DNA of 64,000 nt, from positions 96,001 through 160,000 of the forward strand of contig JBMOPW010000044.1 in the NCBI GenBank assembly GCA_049322915.1. The letters are read 5' to 3'. Source of the stretch: Candidatus Zhuqueibacterota bacterium (lineage in GTDB: Bacteria; Zhuqueibacterota; Zhuqueibacteria; Thermofontimicrobiales; Thermofontimicrobiaceae). Shown piece by piece: positions 59,944 through 64,000 of this stretch. Below the pieces are notes generated by a model that worked only from the letters and a program-made list of their open reading frames with translations, was not told the origin of the DNA and searched no databases. The position numbers were made by a program, and so were the translations under genes. Every line of letters starts with the position of its first letter. Position 1 is the stretch's first letter.

Positions 59944-62535
59944 ATGAAGAAAATTCTCTCAGTCAGCTTTTTCTTCTCGCTTTTAATAAATTCTCTCCAC
60001 GGCCAGATCGATGCCAGTCTGAAATTCCCATCCAATCTGTCGGTCTCGCCCGGCGTTGTCATTGAAATCCCGCTTCTCGTAACCACGGATTCGTTGATAT
60101 CCAGCGTGCTGATAACGCTGGATTATGATTCGACAAAAGTGATCTTTCTTGGGGCCTCGGCCGGCGCTTCATTTCCGGGAGCGACTGTGACCGGCAATGG
60201 CAGTCCGGCATTCCCGCCAACGACAACCGGGACTAATAAAAACGCACAGGCCGAAATATTCGCAGAACCATCGAATCCCGTGACCGGCGCAGAGGTTGAA
60301 ATGATCACCCTTCGCTGGCAGGTCAGCGGCTACAACGGAAATGCGCTCATTCAATTCGAGCCGGCTGAGGCGCGGACCTTCCTTGCAACGGTTCATGGGA
60401 AAATAATCAGTCAGGAAAAATTGGACGCGGGCGACGGCGTGATCACGATTGTCCCGGATACGACAGCCATTCTCAGCCTGGTCACCGATACCACGGATGT
60501 GCTGGAAAATACGCCGTTTGCAGTGACGCTCGCCGTGAGCCAGGTGGCTGACCTGCACCAATTCATCAGTACGATTTCATTTGATCCGACCATCATCCGC
60601 GTGGACTCTGTGCGGCCGGGAGATTTTCTGACCAATTCCGGCCTTAGCGCCATCACGTGGACGCCGCCTGTTCTGGATAATACCAGTGGACTGATTTCCG
60701 GAATTCAGGCGACGCGCGCCGATACTTTTGGGGTGCACGGAAGCGGCAGTCTGGCGCGGTTGTATTTCCGTTCCCTGATGCCCGGCGTATCTTCGCTGCA
60801 GTTCGTCACCACCGAATCTGCGCTACGTGACCCGGAAGCGAACGCCATTCCTGTGGCTTCATTCGCCGGCACTGACATGAATATTTACCGTGAACCGGTC
60901 GCCGAATTAGCGCTGCCGGACACATTCGCCGCGCAAAATCGGTATATCGATCTTCCGATCACAATCACCGGAGTCGGCGATGTGGACATTATCTCCGCGC
61001 TCATCGAAGTCGGGTTTGACACTGCCTGCATGAAAGGCGTCAGTGTGGTCAGCCAGAACACGCTCACTGAAGGCTGGCAGACGCCTGTCGTCAATCTGCG
61101 GAGTGAGAGCATGTATTTTGCCCTGGCCGGGGCGTCGCCGCTGGCCGGGGACGGGATTCTCGTCTACTTGCGATTTTACACGAATCCCGGGGCCGAGGAG
61201 AATGACCAATGCGAACTGCGGTTCATCGATGTTTTGCTCAATGAGGGCGACCCGACAACCATCATCCATGCCGGCAGTTTTCGGGTGAGAGGATTGCAAA
61301 TCGCCGGCAGTATTGACTACGAAGGGACCGGCCTGCCGGTGCCGTTTGTGGGATTCTCGCTGACCGGCCATCAATTATTGACCCATCAGACGGATGAAAA
61401 TGGCAATTTCAATTTTACGCGTTTGCATTACGGGAATTACGTGCTGACGCCGGAAAAGATAGGCGATCAGGGTCGCGCCATCTCTCCGTTCGATGCTGCG
61501 CTCGTTCTGCAACACGTTGTCGGTAGCAGTCAGTTGAGCCCGTACCAGAAAATTGCCGCGGACGTCACCGGGGATAGCACCGTGAGTTCGTTCGACGCGT
61601 CGTATATCATGCGGCTATCCGTGGATCTTGAAGAAAAATTTCCGGTCATGGACACCGCGGATGCATTCTGGGAGTTTGTGCCGGCCGCATTTGCCATTGA
61701 TGAAACGAACTGGTTCGCTCATCCGGATACCATTGTCTACAATCCGCTGGAGAAGGATGAATTCAATCAGAATTTTATCGGCATTATCTACGGGGATGTT
61801 TCCCAAAATTGGACAAGCCCCAGCCTGCAATCGGTTCGGGCGCAATTGCCCCCAATGCTCGCGGGCATGTCTGCCGGAGCGATTCGCCCGACCGGAATGA
61901 ACTCGTTCGCCATGCCAATTATTCTTGAATCCAGCCAGGCCATTCACTCCATTGAACTGGAAATTAGTTATCCAGCAGAACTGATGGTTGTCTCGCGGGT
62001 GTCGCAGACGGACGGTTCCGGGCCGAGCCTGATTTCGTACAGCGTCGGGAATGCGCTGTTGAAAATCGCACTGGCTTCGGCAGAGCCAATGACGCAGCAG
62101 GGTGAGGTTATCGCTGTCCATTTTCAGATGAAAGCCGGGCAGACCGAAGGGTGGGATGGAGCCATCCGCATTGAGTCGGCGAAATTGAACGACGTGCCGG
62201 TACCGCTGGTGACAGGCGCTACTGATACGCGCGAAGCCATGATTCCGACGCGACTATCGCTGGAGCAGAATTACCCCAATCCTTTCAATCAGGAGACGGT
62301 TTTCAAAGTGGATGTTCCGCTTTTGAGCTCAGGAGAAGAAGTGGCGTTGAAAATATATAATCTCACAGGCCAACTGGTGCGGACTTTGTTGAGCGGAGAA
62401 AGCCAGCCCGGAACGCGGCTCGTTCATTGGAGCGGCAACGATGAGGGGCAGCGACCAGTTTCGTCCGGAGAATATCTTGCCGTGCTGACCGCCGGCCGGC
62501 AGCGAATCGTTCAAAAATTCATCCTGCTGCGCTGA
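59944..62535 (+). CDS. Secreted scaffoldin-like protein: multiple cohesin domains, dockerin-like module, FlgD/T9SS-type C-terminal domain
   Basis: Cohesin patterns (ISFDPTII..GDFL..GSGSLARLYF; GDGILVYLRF), dockerin AADVTGDSTVSSFDASYI, LEQNYPNPFN..VSSGEY. Confidence 0.8.
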   Translation: MKKILSVSFFFSLLINSLHGQIDASLKFPSNLSVSPGVVIEIPLLVTTDSLISSVLITLDYDSTKVIFLGASAGASFPGATVTGNGSPAFPPTTTGTNKNAQAEIFAEPSNPVTGAEVEMITLRWQVSGYNGNALIQFEPAEARTFLATVHGKIISQEKLDAGDGVITIVPDTTAILSLVTDTTDVLENTPFAVTLAVSQVADLHQFISTISFDPTIIRVDSVRPGDFLTNSGLSAITWTPPVLDNTSGLISGIQATRADTFGVHGSGSLARLYFRSLMPGVSSLQFVTTESALRDPEANAIPVASFAGTDMNIYREPVAELALPDTFAAQNRYIDLPITITGVGDVDIISALIEVGFDTACMKGVSVVSQNTLTEGWQTPVVNLRSESMYFALAGASPLAGDGILVYLRFYTNPGAEENDQCELRFIDVLLNEGDPTTIIHAGSFRVRGLQIAGSIDYEGTGLPVPFVGFSLTGHQLLTHQTDENGNFNFTRLHYGNYVLTPEKIGDQGRAISPFDAALVLQHVVGSSQLSPYQKIAADVTGDSTVSSFDASYIMRLSVDLEEKFPVMDTADAFWEFVPAAFAIDETNWFAHPDTIVYNPLEKDEFNQNFIGIIYGDVSQNWTSPSLQSVRAQLPPMLAGMSAGAIRPTGMNSFAMPIILESSQAIHSIELEISYPAELMVVSRVSQTDGSGPSLISYSVGNALLKIALASAEPMTQQGEVIAVHFQMKAGQTEGWDGAIRIESAKLNDVPVPLVTGATDTREAMIPTRLSLEQNYPNPFNQETVFKVDVPLLSSGEEVALKIYNLTGQLVRTLLSGESQPGTRLVHWSGNDEGQRPVSSGEYLAVLTAGRQRIVQKFILLR

Positions 62536-62639
62536 TGGTTTCCGCGCTGGCCAATCGATGAATTCGCCGGCGCGTCTCTTCCAGCCAACGTCTCCACATC
62601 ACCGGGCGCGATGCAGCAGCCGGGGAAGGCCTGAAAACT

Positions 62640-62671
62640 GCATGGGAGCGAATGCGAAATTGCTCCCATGC
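62640..62671. terminator. Hairpin between convergent genes
   Basis: GCATGGGAGC / GCTCCCATGC. Confidence 0.5.
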
Positions 62672-62788
62672 GTTCCACACGCTTCATGACAGTCTCACCA
62701 ATTCATTCCATTGTCGCAGTCAGATGCACCTGCGGACCAATAGCCATGCGCGGCGACTCCGCCGCAATTCGATGAATTTGACCCGCTT

Positions 62789-64000
62789 CTATCCGGCTGG
62801 ATTTTCCGGTAAATTTGGCGGCAGTGTGAATGGCACCTCTTCGATGACCCGCATGGACTCCCACTTTCCCTGGAGAAATCTCAAGTAAAACACTATCCCT
62901 AACAGCGTAATGTACAGGGTGACGAAGCACCAGGTCACGTACACTCCCCAATTGTAAACCACGCTGGAAAAGTAGGATGGAATGATCATCGTCACCCAGG
63001 ATAACACCACGCAGATTTTCATCACCTGGCGCGTGTCGCCGGCGCCTTTGAGCGCGTTGGCAAAAATGATATTCATCGTGTCGAACAGGGAGTACAGCGC
63101 GACAAATCGCAGCAGCACAATCGCCATCTCCCGCACCTCGCCAAATTGCTGCGGGTCGGAGTGCATCGAAAACGGATAAATGAACAGTGATGGAATCAGA
63201 ACGTAGGCGAGCGCCATGAGTCCCATGTACATACAGGTGAGATGAAACGCTGAATAGGTGCTGTACCGGGCCATTTTAGGATTATTGTCGCCCAGATACT
63301 GTCCCACTATAATTTCAACGGCTATGCCCACGCCGATCATCGGCATGAAAGCGATGGAATTGATATTGAAGGCAATGTTGGTTGCTGCCAATGCGGATGT
63401 TCCGAATCGCCCCACGAACAAAATGAACAGGGTGAATCCCAATAAATCCAGCAGAATTTGACCGCCATTGGGAAGTCCGAACCGCATGAGCCGTTTGAAC
63501 AGCGCCGGCCGAAACTGGCGATTCTGATGCGTCCCGTAGGCCAGCCGGAATTTGGGTCTGAGCATCCAGTAAAAAAGGATAATGGCGCCCGCCCAGTTGG
63601 CAATGACTGTCGCGATGGCGGCGCCCTGCATCCCCAATTCAGGCATGCCGGCGTATCCGAAAATGAGCAGATAATCGAGAACCATATTGACGCCGGTGGC
63701 GATGATATTGACCCACATGAGAATCATTGTCTCGCCGCGCCCGCCGAAGAAGCCGGAAATGGCTGCCATCAAAAAAACCGGCACGGCGCCGAAGCATAGA
63801 ATTTCGAAATATTGGATCTCCAGGCGTTTCACGCCCGGCACATGGCCGGCCAGATTGAAAATTGGCTCAGCCAGAGGGATGAACGCCAGAAACAGAATGC
63901 CGGAACCGATTGAAAAATAAATACCCTGCCACACGGCCGGGGCGATGTTCTGGCTTTTCTTTGCCCCGTGATATTGGGCCACGAACGTGTTGACATAGGC
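62789..64000 (-). CDS. MATE family efflux transporter (5'-partial)
   Basis: VAQYHGA, NMVLDYLLIFG..PELGMQGAAIAT, VGQYLG, ALKGAGDT. Confidence 0.92.
   Translation of the reverse strand, partial: AYVNTFVAQYHGAKKSQNIAPAVWQGIYFSIGSGILFLAFIPLAEPIFNLAGHVPGVKRLEIQYFEILCFGAVPVFLMAAISGFFGGRGETMILMWVNIIATGVNMVLDYLLIFGYAGMPELGMQGAAIATVIANWAGAIILFYWMLRPKFRLAYGTHQNRQFRPALFKRLMRFGLPNGGQILLDLLGFTLFILFVGRFGTSALAATNIAFNINSIAFMPMIGVGIAVEIIVGQYLGDNNPKMARYSTYSAFHLTCMYMGLMALAYVLIPSLFIYPFSMHSDPQQFGEVREMAIVLLRFVALYSLFDTMNIIFANALKGAGDTRQVMKICVVLSWVTMIIPSYFSSVVYNWGVYVTWCFVTLYITLLGIVFYLRFLQGKWESMRVIEEVPFTLPPNLPENPAG

Overview
A 64-kb bacterial chromosomal window, gene-dense and about half GC. The C-terminal 'LxQNYPNPFN...' FlgD/T9SS-type sorting domains, the Gld-like ABC cluster and the cohesin/dockerin proteins suggest an FCB-adjacent lineage such as KSB1 or Calditrichota (inference). 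Contents: two-component and c-di-GMP signalling genes, ppiD, pepD, a tricorn protease, an amidase/golvesin-like protein, a GldA/F/G-like ABC cluster, two large secreted cohesin-dockerin proteins, thiN, an ECF sigma/anti-sigma/zinc-ribbon locus, a fucose-type isomerase, lexA, dcd, a class IV aminotransferase, aroC, a Wsp/ACF-type chemosensory operon, a DUF1998 helicase, two beta-propeller lipoproteins and a MATE transporter. Signals the ORF track misses: (1) two ORFs at 58268-59644 join across an in-frame UGA (C-G-U motif with a downstream SECIS-like hairpin) into one secreted selenoprotein, a degenerate UshA-like domain fused to a tetraheme cytochrome c; (2) a palindrome GGGTA-N6-TACCC sits at the lexA transcription start and again in front of a small downstream gene, a candidate LexA box that I do not recognise; (3) a flagellar-regulator-like satellite (FlgA-N-, two FlgN- and FlgM-like genes) has sigma54 and sigma28 promoters and a structured intergenic RNA, with no flagellar structural genes in the window; (4) two sensor proteins carry an H-box but no ATPase domain and share a C-terminal tail; (5) there is a two-copy 161-bp MITE and a two-copy REP-like element. 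No rRNA, tRNA or CRISPR array was seen. All protein family calls come from motif recognition by eye, not database searches.
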